The notes: a model not told the origin generated them from the sequence alone. 64,000 nucleotides of DNA from an uncultured Atopobium sp. (GCA_947090525.1 CAMUON010000001.1:388473-452472); one strand, 5' to 3'; shown: positions 20,721 to 31,241, counted from the first letter of the stretch. Made by a program: numbers and translations.

Positions 20721-21854
20721 GTGCTCGCGCGTATGTTTGTGCCCACGCATATCAAGCGGGCAGTTAGAGTTGTTTTGATGTGCAGGCTCTCGCGCCCGCG
20801 CTTACGCTTGCGAGGAAGTATGACCTTAGCTACCGTATCAGATGCCACGCGTAAAAGGACAGCGCCCGTGTGCGCCTCGGCAGCGCTTTCGTCTTCAGCA
20901 CATCAAACATACGCTTCCTACGAATCGTGCGAACTGTGCCCGCGCCGCTGCCACGCCAAAAGAAACACAGGTCGCGCCGGCTTTTGCGGCGCATCCAACA
21001 AACTCTACATCGCCCGCGCTGCCCTTCATTTTTGGGAAGAGCCGCCGATTTCTGGCACGGCCGGGTCAGGCGCAATTTTTTTCACGGGATGCCCGTTGCG
21101 CTGCGCGTTTTGCCAAAATTTTCGCATTTCTCAAGAGGGATTTGGCAAACAAATCACCGTTTCGCGCCTTGCGGAAATCATGCTTGAGCTGCAGGAACAA
21201 GGTGCACTCAATATCAATCTTGTCACGCCTTTGCACTATACACCGCAAGTGATTCAGGCGGTTGAAATGGCAAAAGCAGCAGGCTTGCAGCTGCCAATCG
21301 TGTGCAACACAAGCGGGTATGAGCGCCCGGAGACAATCGCGCGCGTTTCTGAGATTGTTGATATTTGGCTTCCCGATTTTAAATTTGCGTCCTCAAAACT
21401 TGCTAAAATGCTCACAGGTGCTGCCGATTATCCACACTTTGCGCTTGAAGCGCTCGCTCAGATGCTTGAGAGCTTGCGCGCTCGTGGGGGTCGCAAGGTT
21501 GAGGAGGACACGGGCCGTATGCTGCAAGGCATCATTGTCCGTCATCTCGTTATGCCTGGTCACACCGACGATTCATGCAAAGTCCTCGATAGGCTCTGGA
21601 AACTGTGTCACAATGAGATCGATATTTCGGTTATGAATCAGTATACGCCGAACCGAGTATGCAAAAAAGCGGGTGGAAATTTGAGCCATGGGCTTTCGAA
21701 CGAGGAGTACGAAATCGTTCTTGACCATGCTGACGACCTGGGATTTGATCGCATGTGGTGGCAGCAAGGCGGCACCGTTTCGGAGAGTTTTATTCCTGAG
21801 TTTGATGCAACAGGTGTTGAGGGGCCGGAGCTACATTTTAGTTTGCACAGCTAG
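20721..21854 (+). CDS. Radical SAM protein, PflX-like (COG1313, activase-like); start uncertain (alternative near 20819)
   Basis: N-terminal Cys cluster CELCPRRCHAKRNTGRAGFCG followed by ALHFWEEPPISG and the radical-SAM CxxxCxxC (GCPLRCAFCQN). Confidence 0.55.
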   Translation: MLARMFVPTHIKRAVRVVLMCRLSRPRLRLRGSMTLATVSDATRKRTAPVCASAALSSSAHQTYASYESCELCPRRCHAKRNTGRAGFCGASNKLYIARAALHFWEEPPISGTAGSGAIFFTGCPLRCAFCQNFRISQEGFGKQITVSRLAEIMLELQEQGALNINLVTPLHYTPQVIQAVEMAKAAGLQLPIVCNTSGYERPETIARVSEIVDIWLPDFKFASSKLAKMLTGAADYPHFALEALAQMLESLRARGGRKVEEDTGRMLQGIIVRHLVMPGHTDDSCKVLDRLWKLCHNEIDISVMNQYTPNRVCKKAGGNLSHGLSNEEYEIVLDHADDLGFDRMWWQQGGTVSESFIPEFDATGVEGPELHFSLHS

Positions 21855-21957
21855 GCTGAGCTCCTAGGCCCGCGGGATCAAAGGCCGCTCTCACAAGTGC
21901 TGTGCTTAGACAGTATGCACGAATAGGAATAGATAAGACGAGTACAAACACTAGGAA

Positions 21958-22260
21958 GTGAACGCAATGGATACAGTAAACGACCAGCAAAACAGCAGTT
22001 TAAGCGACGCTGAAAAGCAGGAACTTCTCGCCCTTCGCGCAGAAAAAGCTGCAGCCGAAGCCCACGCGCGCAAGCTTAAAGAAAAAAAGGAGCTCTTAGA
22101 ACTCAGAAAAGAAGCGCGTATCAAGGAACTGAAAGAAAAAAACGCCCAGGTCATGATGCCAGATGATGATCTGCACATGCCACTTGGTCAAAAGATCGTG
22201 CTTTTGGTGCTTGCTGTGTTTGTCGTTGCGGTTGTTTTGATTATGCGATTGAGTGCATAA
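21958..22260 (+). CDS. Small hypothetical protein, charged coiled-coil with C-terminal TM anchor
   Basis: 100 aa, K/E-rich helix, then LVLAVFVVAVVLIM. Confidence 0.4.
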   Translation: MNAMDTVNDQQNSSLSDAEKQELLALRAEKAAAEAHARKLKEKKELLELRKEARIKELKEKNAQVMMPDDDLHMPLGQKIVLLVLAVFVVAVVLIMRLSA

Positions 22261-22460
22261 GCGATCGGCCCGCATCTGCAGCTCGTGTCCTGCCTACAGT
22301 CCGTAGCGACTGCACGCGTGCCCGCACCCGCCTCAGCAGCTCATCCCAGCAGCCCAGCTCGCATTCGCAGCAAATCAATAATCTCAGCCTTGCGCCCTCG
22401 CTAACGTGCTACAGTGGAATAAGTATATAAATTTTTCTCCACCCATCAAAAGAGGTCATC

Positions 22461-23966
22461 ATGGCTCTGACAGACTCTACGCACCCAGGCGACGTCTCAC
22501 TCAATACCGATCTTTATGAGCTCACCATGGCTCAAGGTTTTTGGGATTCAGGACTTGCTGAGGCCCAAGGTTGCTTTACCGTGTTTTTTCGCTCTTATCC
22601 ATTTTCAGGCGGATATGCAATAGCATGCGGCATGGGGCAGATTGCAGATCTTGTTGAAAACTTTGCGTTCAGTCAAGAACACATTGATTACCTCGCGCAA
22701 CTCAAAGCTCCTGGTGGGGGAGCAATGTTCAAACAAGGCTTTTTGGACTATCTTAAGCACTTCAAAATGAATGTCGACATTTGGGCTCTTCCCGAAGGCG
22801 AGCTCGTCTTTTCGCGTGAGCCCATGGTAAGAGTCGAAGGTCCTTTGATTGATTGCCAACTTCTTGAAACAGCGCTGCTCAACACAGTTAATTTCCAAAC
22901 GCTTCTTGCGACTAAAACTGCCCGCGTTGTTTCCGCAGCTCAAGGCCATCCCATTTTTGAATTCGGACTGCGCCGCGCGCAAGGACCCGATGGGGGACTT
23001 ACTGCTGCGCGCGCAAGTTTTGTGGGCGGCGCCGCTGCAACTTCAAACCTTTTAGCAGGCAAAATATACGATATTCCCGTTTTTGGCACCCACGCGCATT
23101 CCTGGGTTATGTCGTTTGACACGCAGCTTGAAGCCTTCCGCGCGTTTGCGCATTCCATGCCCAACAACTGCGTGTTGTTGCTCGACACTTACGATGTCAC
23201 GCTCGGCGTTCAAGATGCGATTACCGTGGCCAAGGAGATGGAGGCACGAGGACAGCATCTCGCAGGTATACGCTTAGATTCGGGCGATTTGGCGAAGCTT
23301 TCCAAGATGGTGCGCAAAGCCTTCGACGATGAAGGACTTTCGTACGTAAAAATTTCTGCCTCAAATGACCTCGACGAATACACGATTCAGTCTTTGTATG
23401 CGCAAGGCGCGCCCATCGATTCCTTTGGTGTGGGTACTAAGCTTTCTACCTGCGATCCTCAGCCGGCGCTGGGCGGGGTATACAAGCTTTCCGCCATGCG
23501 CAAAAACAAAGACATGCCGTGGGAACCCACGATTAAAGTTTCCGAGATGGCGTATAAGAGAACGATTCCTGGTATTCAGCAGATTCTTCGTTTTTACAAT
23601 GCAAGTGGATCACCTGTAGGCGATATGATTTACGACGTAAACGAGGGTATTTCTTCGCGCACGACCATGCAAGATGTCCTCGACAATCTGGTGAGCTACG
23701 ATCTTTCGCAAGCCACAGGCAAAGAGATGCTTGAGCAAATCGTGCGTGATGGTCACTGCATCAAAGAGCCCGATTCGCTCGAAGTCTGCCGCACACGCGC
23801 AAAAGACGCGCTGGCAAAGCTCGATCCAGCGATCACACGCTTCCTCAATCCAGAGTTCTATCCTGTGGGTCTTGAGCTTCGACTTTCCGAGCTTCGCAGC
23901 CGCTTGACCACGCAAGAGCTCGAGCGTAATACGCATATCTGCAGTCACTCACCTGCACGACGATGA
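22461..23966 (+). CDS. pncB: Nicotinate phosphoribosyltransferase
   Basis: About 500 aa, NAPRTase family layout (LYELTMAQ..., GTHAHSW). Confidence 0.8.
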   Translation: MALTDSTHPGDVSLNTDLYELTMAQGFWDSGLAEAQGCFTVFFRSYPFSGGYAIACGMGQIADLVENFAFSQEHIDYLAQLKAPGGGAMFKQGFLDYLKHFKMNVDIWALPEGELVFSREPMVRVEGPLIDCQLLETALLNTVNFQTLLATKTARVVSAAQGHPIFEFGLRRAQGPDGGLTAARASFVGGAAATSNLLAGKIYDIPVFGTHAHSWVMSFDTQLEAFRAFAHSMPNNCVLLLDTYDVTLGVQDAITVAKEMEARGQHLAGIRLDSGDLAKLSKMVRKAFDDEGLSYVKISASNDLDEYTIQSLYAQGAPIDSFGVGTKLSTCDPQPALGGVYKLSAMRKNKDMPWEPTIKVSEMAYKRTIPGIQQILRFYNASGSPVGDMIYDVNEGISSRTTMQDVLDNLVSYDLSQATGKEMLEQIVRDGHCIKEPDSLEVCRTRAKDALAKLDPAITRFLNPEFYPVGLELRLSELRSRLTTQELERNTHICSHSPARR

Positions 23967-24110
23967 CGGCAGCTGTTGATCGGTAATGTCGGCAGCTGTT
24001 GATCAGTAGCCGGTGACGCCCGTAACGTCAGTAGCCGGTGACACCCGTAACGTCAGTAGCTGTTGACACCCGTAACATCCGTAGCTGTTGACAACGTCGA
24101 CATTGGCGAC
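23955..24110 (+). repeat. Tandem direct repeats of about 25-27 bp (5-6 units of CAGTAGCCGGTGACACCCGTAACGT-like) between pncB and argS
   Basis: Seen directly: GGCAGCTGTTGATC.., CAGTAGCCGGTGACGCCCGTAACGT, CAGTAGCCGGTGACACCCGTAACGT, CAGTAGCTGTTGACACCCGTAACATC, CGTAGCTGTTGACAACGTCGACATT. Confidence 0.7.
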
Positions 24111-24306
24111 ATAGGTATGCGCATTTTTTAGTACAATTATGTCTAGATGAACGTATACGCACCTGAGCTCACACTCAAGTAAACGTATACTCAAGTGCAC
24201 TCAAGAATGAGCGTCAAAGCATTAGAACCAGAATCAAAGAAGCAAAACTAAGCACACAACGCACCAGCATCTTCGCAGTTGTCTGCGTTAGCAAAAAGGA
24301 GAGCAC

Positions 24307-26154
24307 ATGCAAGAAACACTCGAACAACTCGTACTCGCTGCCATCAAAGAAGCGCAAGCAGCTCAGGAGCTTGCAGATTTTGAGGTCACCGACCTCGGTC
24401 TTGAGCGTCCTCAGGACACGACAAATGGCGATTGGTCCTCGACAATAGCCCTTCGATCCGCCCGCGCGTGCCGGATGGCCCCTGCAAAAATTGCTCAGAT
24501 CATTGTTTCTCACTTGCCGCAAACTTCTGCTGTATCCAAAGTCGAAATTGCTGGTCCTGGCTTCATCAATTTCTATTTGAGCACGGGTGCTTCGAATGAA
24601 GTGATCCAATCTGTGCGTAAAGCTGGTGCCGCTTGGGGTTCTTCCGATTTTGGCAAAGGCAAAAAGATCAATTACGAATTTATTTCCGCAAATCCTACCG
24701 GCCCTTTGCATGTAGGACATGGTCGTTGGGCAGCGCTTGGCGATTCTACCTGCAATGTTATGGAATTTTGTGGATATAAGGTCTTTCGTGAGTACTACAT
24801 CAACGATCACGGTTCGCAGATGGACGTATTTGGTGGTTCTGTTGCGACGCGCTATATGCAGCTTGCTGACGTTGCAGTCGCGCGCGGAATTTCTGCCGAA
24901 GAAGCAGCTCAAGTTCTTCTCGACGATCGTGAAGCTTATATCGAAGATGAAGAGGACGCTCACCCCGAAGCGCACCCGTATATGGACAAGTTTAACGAAA
25001 TCCTCGGCGGCAATTCCTATGGTGGCGACTACATTATCGATATCGCACGCGAGTTTTATGAGGCTGATGGAGACAAGTGGGTGAGTGTTTCTGCAGAAGA
25101 GCGTGCAGCTGCATTTCGTGAGCGTGCCTACCAGGCGATGCTTGCTCGTATTAAGAACACGTGTCATAGCGTACGTTGCGACTTCGACTTGTGGTTTTCT
25201 GAGCGTTCGCTCTATGAAAAGGATGAATCGGGCACGTCTAAGGTCGATCGTGCGTTTGCGCGCCTGGAAAAGATGGGGTATCTCTACAAAACAGACGATG
25301 GAGCGCTGTGGTTTAAGTCGACTGAGTTCGGCGATGACAAAGACCGCGTGCTCATCAAATCCAATGGTGAATACACCTATTTCGCTTCCGATGTAGCGTA
25401 TCACTGGGATAAATTCGACCGTGGTTGCGAAGTGTCCATCGACCTTTGGGGTGCTGATCACCACGGATACATTGCCCGTGTAACGAATGTCTGCGACGCG
25501 CTGGGCTACAAAGGACGTTTCATTGTAGACCTCGGTCAGTTTGTCAACCTGCTCAGAAAAGGTGAGCCTGTGAGGATGTCCAAGCGTCGCGGTACCATGG
25601 TATCGTTTGACGAGCTCATCGATGAAGTAGGGGTTGATGCCACGCGCTACACGCTTTTGAGCAAATCGTCTAATCAAACGATCGATTTTGATATCGAAGC
25701 GGTTAAGGAAAAATCGAACGCGAACCCCGTATTCTACGTGCAGTATGCGCACGCGCGTATCTGCTCGATCCTGCGGAATGCATGTCATGTAAGCGAGGCT
25801 GAAGCGAAAGAGCTCGGTATGGATTGCGTTGCTGCGCGCGCGATTGGAGATGCGGTAGATCTGTCGCTTCTCACGCATCCTCAGGAGCTTGCACTCACGC
25901 GTAAGTTGTCGGAGTTCCCGGAGCTTTGCGAGAGCTGCGCGCGTGACCGTGCGCCGTTCCGTCTGACGCACTTTGCTGAGGAGCTCGCGGGTGCATTCCA
26001 CGGCTTTTATGCTAACTGCCAGGTGCTTTCAAGCGCTGGTCGCGAAATCGATCCTGAACTTTCGCGCGCGCGTCTGGCGGCTTGTGATGCAGTGCGTATT
26101 AATCTGGAAGTCGTTTTGAAGCTTATCGGCGTGAGTGCGCCTGAGGTGATGTAG
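24307..26154 (+). CDS. argS: Arginine--tRNA ligase
   Basis: Class I HIGH motif (PTGPLHVGHGR), KMSKS (RMSKRRG), about 615 aa. AGGAG RBS. Confidence 0.9.
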   Translation: MQETLEQLVLAAIKEAQAAQELADFEVTDLGLERPQDTTNGDWSSTIALRSARACRMAPAKIAQIIVSHLPQTSAVSKVEIAGPGFINFYLSTGASNEVIQSVRKAGAAWGSSDFGKGKKINYEFISANPTGPLHVGHGRWAALGDSTCNVMEFCGYKVFREYYINDHGSQMDVFGGSVATRYMQLADVAVARGISAEEAAQVLLDDREAYIEDEEDAHPEAHPYMDKFNEILGGNSYGGDYIIDIAREFYEADGDKWVSVSAEERAAAFRERAYQAMLARIKNTCHSVRCDFDLWFSERSLYEKDESGTSKVDRAFARLEKMGYLYKTDDGALWFKSTEFGDDKDRVLIKSNGEYTYFASDVAYHWDKFDRGCEVSIDLWGADHHGYIARVTNVCDALGYKGRFIVDLGQFVNLLRKGEPVRMSKRRGTMVSFDELIDEVGVDATRYTLLSKSSNQTIDFDIEAVKEKSNANPVFYVQYAHARICSILRNACHVSEAEAKELGMDCVAARAIGDAVDLSLLTHPQELALTRKLSEFPELCESCARDRAPFRLTHFAEELAGAFHGFYANCQVLSSAGREIDPELSRARLAACDAVRINLEVVLKLIGVSAPEVM

Positions 26155-26709
26155 GCGTTTTTGCTTTTGAGGGCGCGTGTATGAACTTTTGGTTCTCGTG
26201 CGTGTCTGATCGCGCGTTTTTGATCGCGCGTGAGCAGCGGTTTTTATTGTTTTGAACGTAAGGGCGTGCGTGTGTGCGCCCTTTTTTGTAAACGAAATCT
26301 TTTTTGTAAGCGAGTCATCGTTCTTGAGGGCAATTCTTTTTTCGCCTTGCGTCTACGCGTGATTTCGGTGCATTTTTGATGTTTGCGCCTTTCGAAGCGC
26401 AACTTATTCACTAAAAGCTGGACAAGTTAGGCTTTATCACAAGTGCAAGTTTTTTTCGCGAAAAACAAAAAACGATAGAAAAAAGAAGCTTATAAAACCC
26501 ACTAAAAGCAGCGCAAACGCGCAAAATCGCGCAATAAAAATTACGAAAACTTTGTTTATCGCTCATAAAACCAATATAAAGGCTGAAATTTATTTAGTTT
26601 TTTTTGAGTATATTGTCGCGTCTGTGTACTACAATTTTTGTAAGTATTTTTTGTAAGCACGTTCCTTAAAACATCTGCGCAGCTCTCGCGCCTTTCTTCG
26701 TAGAATAGG

Positions 26710-27396
26710 GTGTGTTTCATGGATTTACGCGAATTTATTACGATACGAAAAAGCTTCAACCTTGCGCATCACAAGTCGGATCTTTCTGTGCGCTTGCCGT
26801 TTTCCGACGTGGCAATTCTTGCGCTTTTGCATGCAAATCCAGATGGTATCTGTACCTCTGAGCTTTCGGATTATCAACATTCGCTCCGTCCTACCACGAC
26901 ACACCGCACAAAGCGTCTGGAAAACATGGGCCTTATCACACGAGGCTCTCGTCCGGGGGATAAGCGCTGCATTTTGTGTTCAAAGACGGCGCTGGGTGAG
27001 CGCGTGTATCAGGAAACGCTGCACTTTAGCTGCAAATATTTCGCAATGGGGAAGCCGCTTGCGCATATTGTTCCTGCGCGTCTGCATTTTTACGTCGTCG
27101 CGATGGCGTCGTTTGAGCTGAGCTCTGCTGATCTCGTACTCCTTTCGCTGTATATGCGCGAGCAAGAGCAAATGACTATCACCGATATTGTGAGCATGGT
27201 AGGGCTTTTGCAGCCTACGGTGTCGATGTGCGTCGTTAACCTCGAGAAAGAGGGCCTTGTCCTGCGCGATCATACGCCGTACGCAACCGATTTTCGTTTG
27301 ACCGAAGAGGGACGCGCACGCGTCGATACGCTTAAAAATAATATTGAAGCCATGGTCGTGCGGAGAAAAGATCATCCTAAGAGGTCGCGCATCTAA
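26710..27396 (+). CDS. MarR-family transcriptional regulator with two tandem winged-helix domains
   Basis: Two MarR-like wHTH units. Preceded by a 550-bp AT-rich intergenic region. Confidence 0.6.
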   Translation: MCFMDLREFITIRKSFNLAHHKSDLSVRLPFSDVAILALLHANPDGICTSELSDYQHSLRPTTTHRTKRLENMGLITRGSRPGDKRCILCSKTALGERVYQETLHFSCKYFAMGKPLAHIVPARLHFYVVAMASFELSSADLVLLSLYMREQEQMTITDIVSMVGLLQPTVSMCVVNLEKEGLVLRDHTPYATDFRLTEEGRARVDTLKNNIEAMVVRRKDHPKRSRI

Positions 27397-27703
27397 GCTG
27401 GGGCGGTTGCATATGCTTTTGCGCGCGTTTCCTTTCCAGTAGATATGCATGTTTCATTCATCTGATGTTAGTGGTTGCGGGTATGGATGGTGCCCGCGCC
27501 ATTTTTTATGCAAAATGCTTGTGTAGTGCGTTCTCTTATGCTATTCTCTAATTATTCGGGTGCTTCGCCCACAATCATCAATTTTTTGGTATGTTGAGCT
27601 GCTTCTTCCTACGTTTTTTGTGTTTCTCATACCTATTAAAATTCTGTAGAGAACAATCCATGCGCTCATCGTTATTACTGTGTTAGAAAGGCATGCATAA
27701 ACT

Positions 27704-30043
27704 ATGACAAAAGTTGCTGAACCTTCTCTTCCTTTGTTTTCGAAAGGCGAGGGGGATGTGCCTTCGCAAAGCTTTGTCGATATGGCGCCAAGTGTGAGCG
27801 CCGCGGCCTCTGTAGCTGGGGGTACTTCGGCGGCTGCATCTGTAACAGCTGCGCCTCAGGCTGCAGCGCCTGTACCAGCGCCTGCTGCGCGTCCAGCGCG
27901 CCGTCGTGGCCGTCCACGGAAACATCCGCTCGTTGAGGCTGAAGCTACTGCTACGGCTGCTTCAACTCCTGCGCCTGCGTCAGCTTCTCATGCGAAACAA
28001 GCTTCGCAAAAAACGGGTGGCCAAGCCCTTGATGCATCACTTGATCATGAAACGTTGATTAAAGAAATCGAAGCAGGAACCTTGAGCTTAAGTGCAATGC
28101 CTAAGCGCCGTCGTGGTCGTCCGCGCAAAGCCGATGTAGAGGCGCGCGAAGCTGCTATCGCTGCAGCTCTTGAAGCCCAACGCCAATCTATGGCTGCGCA
28201 TGAGGAGTCGCGCGCAACTTCCACGCCCGCACCTGTGTCTGCACCCGCAGCTCCTGCAGCTGTGCCCGCACCTGTGTCTGTGCCTGCAGCTCCTGCAGCT
28301 GTAGCTTCTGCTTCTGTATCCGAGTCAGCTTCTGTACCCGCTTTTTCATCCTCACTGTCTCAAAACGATGCCTCTTCTGAACAGCAAACATCTTTGGTTG
28401 CTCGTGAAAGTCAAGCACTTACGCGCTTCGATCGCAAAATTCCGCGTGCTGAACGTGCTGAACGTGCCGAACGCACTGAGCGCCTTGAGCGCACAGAGCA
28501 TACCGAACGTGCTCAAAGAACGCCTGTTCAAGAGGTCCATGTATCTTTTTCTCACGATGCTCAAAAAGGGGAGTCTCAGCTTCTGACCACGCGTGCGCGT
28601 AGGCGTCACAATAGCGCGCAAAAAGCGCCCGCTGCTCCTTCCCGTGAGCAAGCTAATACGCATAAACAGCAAGAAGTTGCAAGCCAGCAGCGCTTTGTCA
28701 AGCAGCCAAGAAATCAGCGCCGCCGCAAGCAGGATCTCGCTCAAAATGCCGAGCCCACTCTTTCTCTCGAAGATTTGTCCTCGATGAAAGTTGCCGAGCT
28801 TCGTCTCAAGGCAGCTGAGCTCGGAGTTGAGTCTGCGCATGTGCGCAAGAAGGAGCTTGTGGAGGCTATTTACAAGGCGGCTGCTGCGTCTGAGGGCTTT
28901 TCCACTGTGTCCGGTGTTCTTGATATCCAACAAGAGGGGTATGCCTTCATTCGTACCGGCAATTATATGGGCGGCGATGATGATGCATTCGTGCATCAGC
29001 AGCTTATCCGCCAGTATCATCTGCGCCCGGGCGACTGGATCGAGGGTCGTGTGGCTCCCGGTCGATCAGGCAATAAGTTTCCTCCGCTGCACAAAATCAC
29101 AAGTATCAATGGCCGTCTTCCTGAGGAGCTCAAAAACCGTCCACGTTTCCGTGATTTGACGCCTATTTTCCCAGATGAACGCCTTGTTCAAGAAAATGGT
29201 CAGCAATCTATCACCGGTCGCGCGATCGATTTGGTAGCACCGATCGGCAAAGGGCAGCGTGGATTGATCGTGTCTCCTCCAAAGGCAGGAAAGACGACGA
29301 TTCTCAAGAAAATTTGTCAATCTATCACGGCAAATAATCCCGAAGTGCACCTGTTTTGCCTGCTTGTAGACGAGCGTCCCGAAGAGGTTACCGATATGCA
29401 GCGCTCCATCAAGGGCGTGGTTGTTGCCTCGACCTTTGATATGCCAGCAGAAAATCACACAGCAGTGTCGGAGCTTGTGATAGAGCATGCAAAACGCCTG
29501 GTAGAACTAGGCGAAGATGTTGTTGTGGTGCTCGATTCCATCACGCGCCTTGCCCGTGCGTACAACCTTGCGCAGCCGGCAAGCGGGCGTATTCTCTCGG
29601 GTGGTGTGGATTCTGCTGCGCTGTATCCCCCGAAGAAGTTCTTGGGTGCTGCGAGAAATATCGAGGGCGGAGGATCGCTCACTATTTTGGCGTCTGCGCT
29701 CATTGATACGGGATCCAAGATGGACGAGGTTATTTTTGAAGAGTTCAAGGGCACGGGCAATATGGAGCTTAAGCTTGATCGTGATCTTGCTGATCGTCGT
29801 ATTTTCCCTGCTATCGATCCTGTTGCTTCGGGCACGCGTAATGAGGACTTGCTTATCGACAAGGAACTGCAGCCCTTTATCTGGGGACTTCGTCGTGTTC
29901 TTGCGAATATGAATAATACTGAGCGCGCAGCGTCTGCGCTGGTTAAAGGCTTAAAAGAGACGACGGACAATAGGGACTTTTTGATTCGCTCGGCGCGCAA
30001 AGCTCAAGCGATTGATTACGTCGATTCGCCTTCTAAACTCTAG
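27704..30043 (+). CDS. rho: Transcription termination factor Rho with a long low-complexity N-terminal insertion
   Basis: C-terminal RecA-like ATPase (Walker A PPKAGKTT) and an OB-fold RNA-binding domain. Roughly 350 aa of A/P/S/E/R-rich N-terminal extension containing (A/T)ER repeats, as in actinobacterial Rho. Confidence 0.9.
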   Translation: MTKVAEPSLPLFSKGEGDVPSQSFVDMAPSVSAAASVAGGTSAAASVTAAPQAAAPVPAPAARPARRRGRPRKHPLVEAEATATAASTPAPASASHAKQASQKTGGQALDASLDHETLIKEIEAGTLSLSAMPKRRRGRPRKADVEAREAAIAAALEAQRQSMAAHEESRATSTPAPVSAPAAPAAVPAPVSVPAAPAAVASASVSESASVPAFSSSLSQNDASSEQQTSLVARESQALTRFDRKIPRAERAERAERTERLERTEHTERAQRTPVQEVHVSFSHDAQKGESQLLTTRARRRHNSAQKAPAAPSREQANTHKQQEVASQQRFVKQPRNQRRRKQDLAQNAEPTLSLEDLSSMKVAELRLKAAELGVESAHVRKKELVEAIYKAAAASEGFSTVSGVLDIQQEGYAFIRTGNYMGGDDDAFVHQQLIRQYHLRPGDWIEGRVAPGRSGNKFPPLHKITSINGRLPEELKNRPRFRDLTPIFPDERLVQENGQQSITGRAIDLVAPIGKGQRGLIVSPPKAGKTTILKKICQSITANNPEVHLFCLLVDERPEEVTDMQRSIKGVVVASTFDMPAENHTAVSELVIEHAKRLVELGEDVVVVLDSITRLARAYNLAQPASGRILSGGVDSAALYPPKKFLGAARNIEGGGSLTILASALIDTGSKMDEVIFEEFKGTGNMELKLDRDLADRRIFPAIDPVASGTRNEDLLIDKELQPFIWGLRRVLANMNNTERAASALVKGLKETTDNRDFLIRSARKAQAIDYVDSPSKL

Positions 30044-30114
30044 AATATTGGCCGCACCTACGCGCGCGGAAGCTGAAAACCTTTCCCTATGTAAATTCTC
30101 TTACGCTCACTACC

Positions 30115-30165
30115 GGATGTTTTGTGGATAGACCGAAGACATAACGGTCTACCACAAAACATCCT
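30115..30165 (+). repeat. Perfect 21-bp-stem / 9-nt-loop hairpin element, copy 1
   Basis: GGATGTTTTGTGGATAGACCG aagacataa CGGTCTACCACAAAACATCC. Recurs with about 75 bp of conserved flank at 63675-63725. Confidence 0.7.
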
Positions 30166-30572
30166 CCTCGTTCGCGTAAAAGTCCTACCAGGGTTTTCAT
30201 CTCGCGCGCGTAGCAGCAAGCCCGCGCGTGGGGAAACGGGTTTTAGCAGGAAAAGGCTTGCACGGGGCACTCACCAGCTTAAGCGCACATCCTGCGTGGG
30301 CATCTACCTGGGATTTCGGCTGACGTGCGCGTAGCAGCAAGCCCGCGCGTAAGGAAAGAGCTTAAACATGCAAAGGCTGGCGCAGATGCGTACCCAGCTT
30401 AAGCAAGCTCGTGCGCGCGCAAAAAGCCCCCGCGTGGGGGGCCTGGCTTAACATGAAAAATCTGGTGCAAACGCGCGCCCGCAGGCGATGAAAAGCCTGG
30501 TAGCAGACGTAAAGGAATTAGAAGTATTTTGTTGATGCAGGCGCGCCCCGGCTGAAGCTCACATGCAGGTAT

Positions 30573-31241
30573 TTAGAGTGCGTACGCCTGTTCTTTGAGC
30601 GCTTCTTCTGCATCCTCTGGATGAGCTTCAAGATAATCAGGATTTGCACTCAAAAATTCTGCGCGCGCGGGATCGGTCAACTTGCACGCTGCCAAAATCG
30701 CAGCTAGAGCGGTATCTATATCGTCGTGATTGTACTCAGCGCCCAGCGTCATCTGCTCACGTCCGCATCCTGCCGCAAACTTTTTGTTCTTAAACTTTTT
30801 CTTCAAACTCTTAAATTCAAGATCCTGCGGAGAATGAGAGGGTCTCAGGCGCGCACAGGCATCAATGAGCCCGCTCGTTTCGTCGCACATAAATAGGACG
30901 CACTCCATCTTGTGCTCTGGTTTTGGCAAATCGGGATTGAAGTCACTATTGTGCGTCTGAATGGCATGAATCAAACGCTCGCTCGCGCCCGCTTCTCTAA
31001 GCAATCTACCAGCGCAAATGGTGTGATCCTGGTCTCCATCGCAAACTTCCCAGTCAAGGTCGTGGAGCAGCCCCACTTGTCCCCAAAATTCAACGTGCTC
31101 AGCATCAAAATGCTCCGCAAAAAAGCGCATCAGCCGCTCGAGCGTTTGACCGTGGATGATATGAAATTCCTCTTGGTTGTAGCGCGTAAGGATCTCGAAC
31201 GCCTGCTCACGTGTAAGGTTTGTCGTCAGTTCGTCGCTCAT
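30573..31241 (-). CDS. HD-domain phosphohydrolase-family protein
   Basis: H...HD motif (LLHDLDWEV). AAAGGAG RBS. Confidence 0.55.
   Translation of the reverse strand: MSDELTTNLTREQAFEILTRYNQEEFHIIHGQTLERLMRFFAEHFDAEHVEFWGQVGLLHDLDWEVCDGDQDHTICAGRLLREAGASERLIHAIQTHNSDFNPDLPKPEHKMECVLFMCDETSGLIDACARLRPSHSPQDLEFKSLKKKFKNKKFAAGCGREQMTLGAEYNHDDIDTALAAILAACKLTDPARAEFLSANPDYLEAHPEDAEEALKEQAYAL

Noticed and set aside
24214-26001. 595-aa ORF on the minus strand
   Set aside because: Lies entirely antisense to argS, which has clear HIGH/KMSKS motifs. The ORF is low-complexity and has no RBS or motifs; it is a GC-rich antisense frame artefact.
30115-30165. Hairpin after rho considered as the rho intrinsic terminator
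   Set aside because: No U-tract follows the stem, and the same element with conserved flanks recurs at 63675 in an unrelated context, so it is treated as a repeat/structured element rather than a simple terminator.
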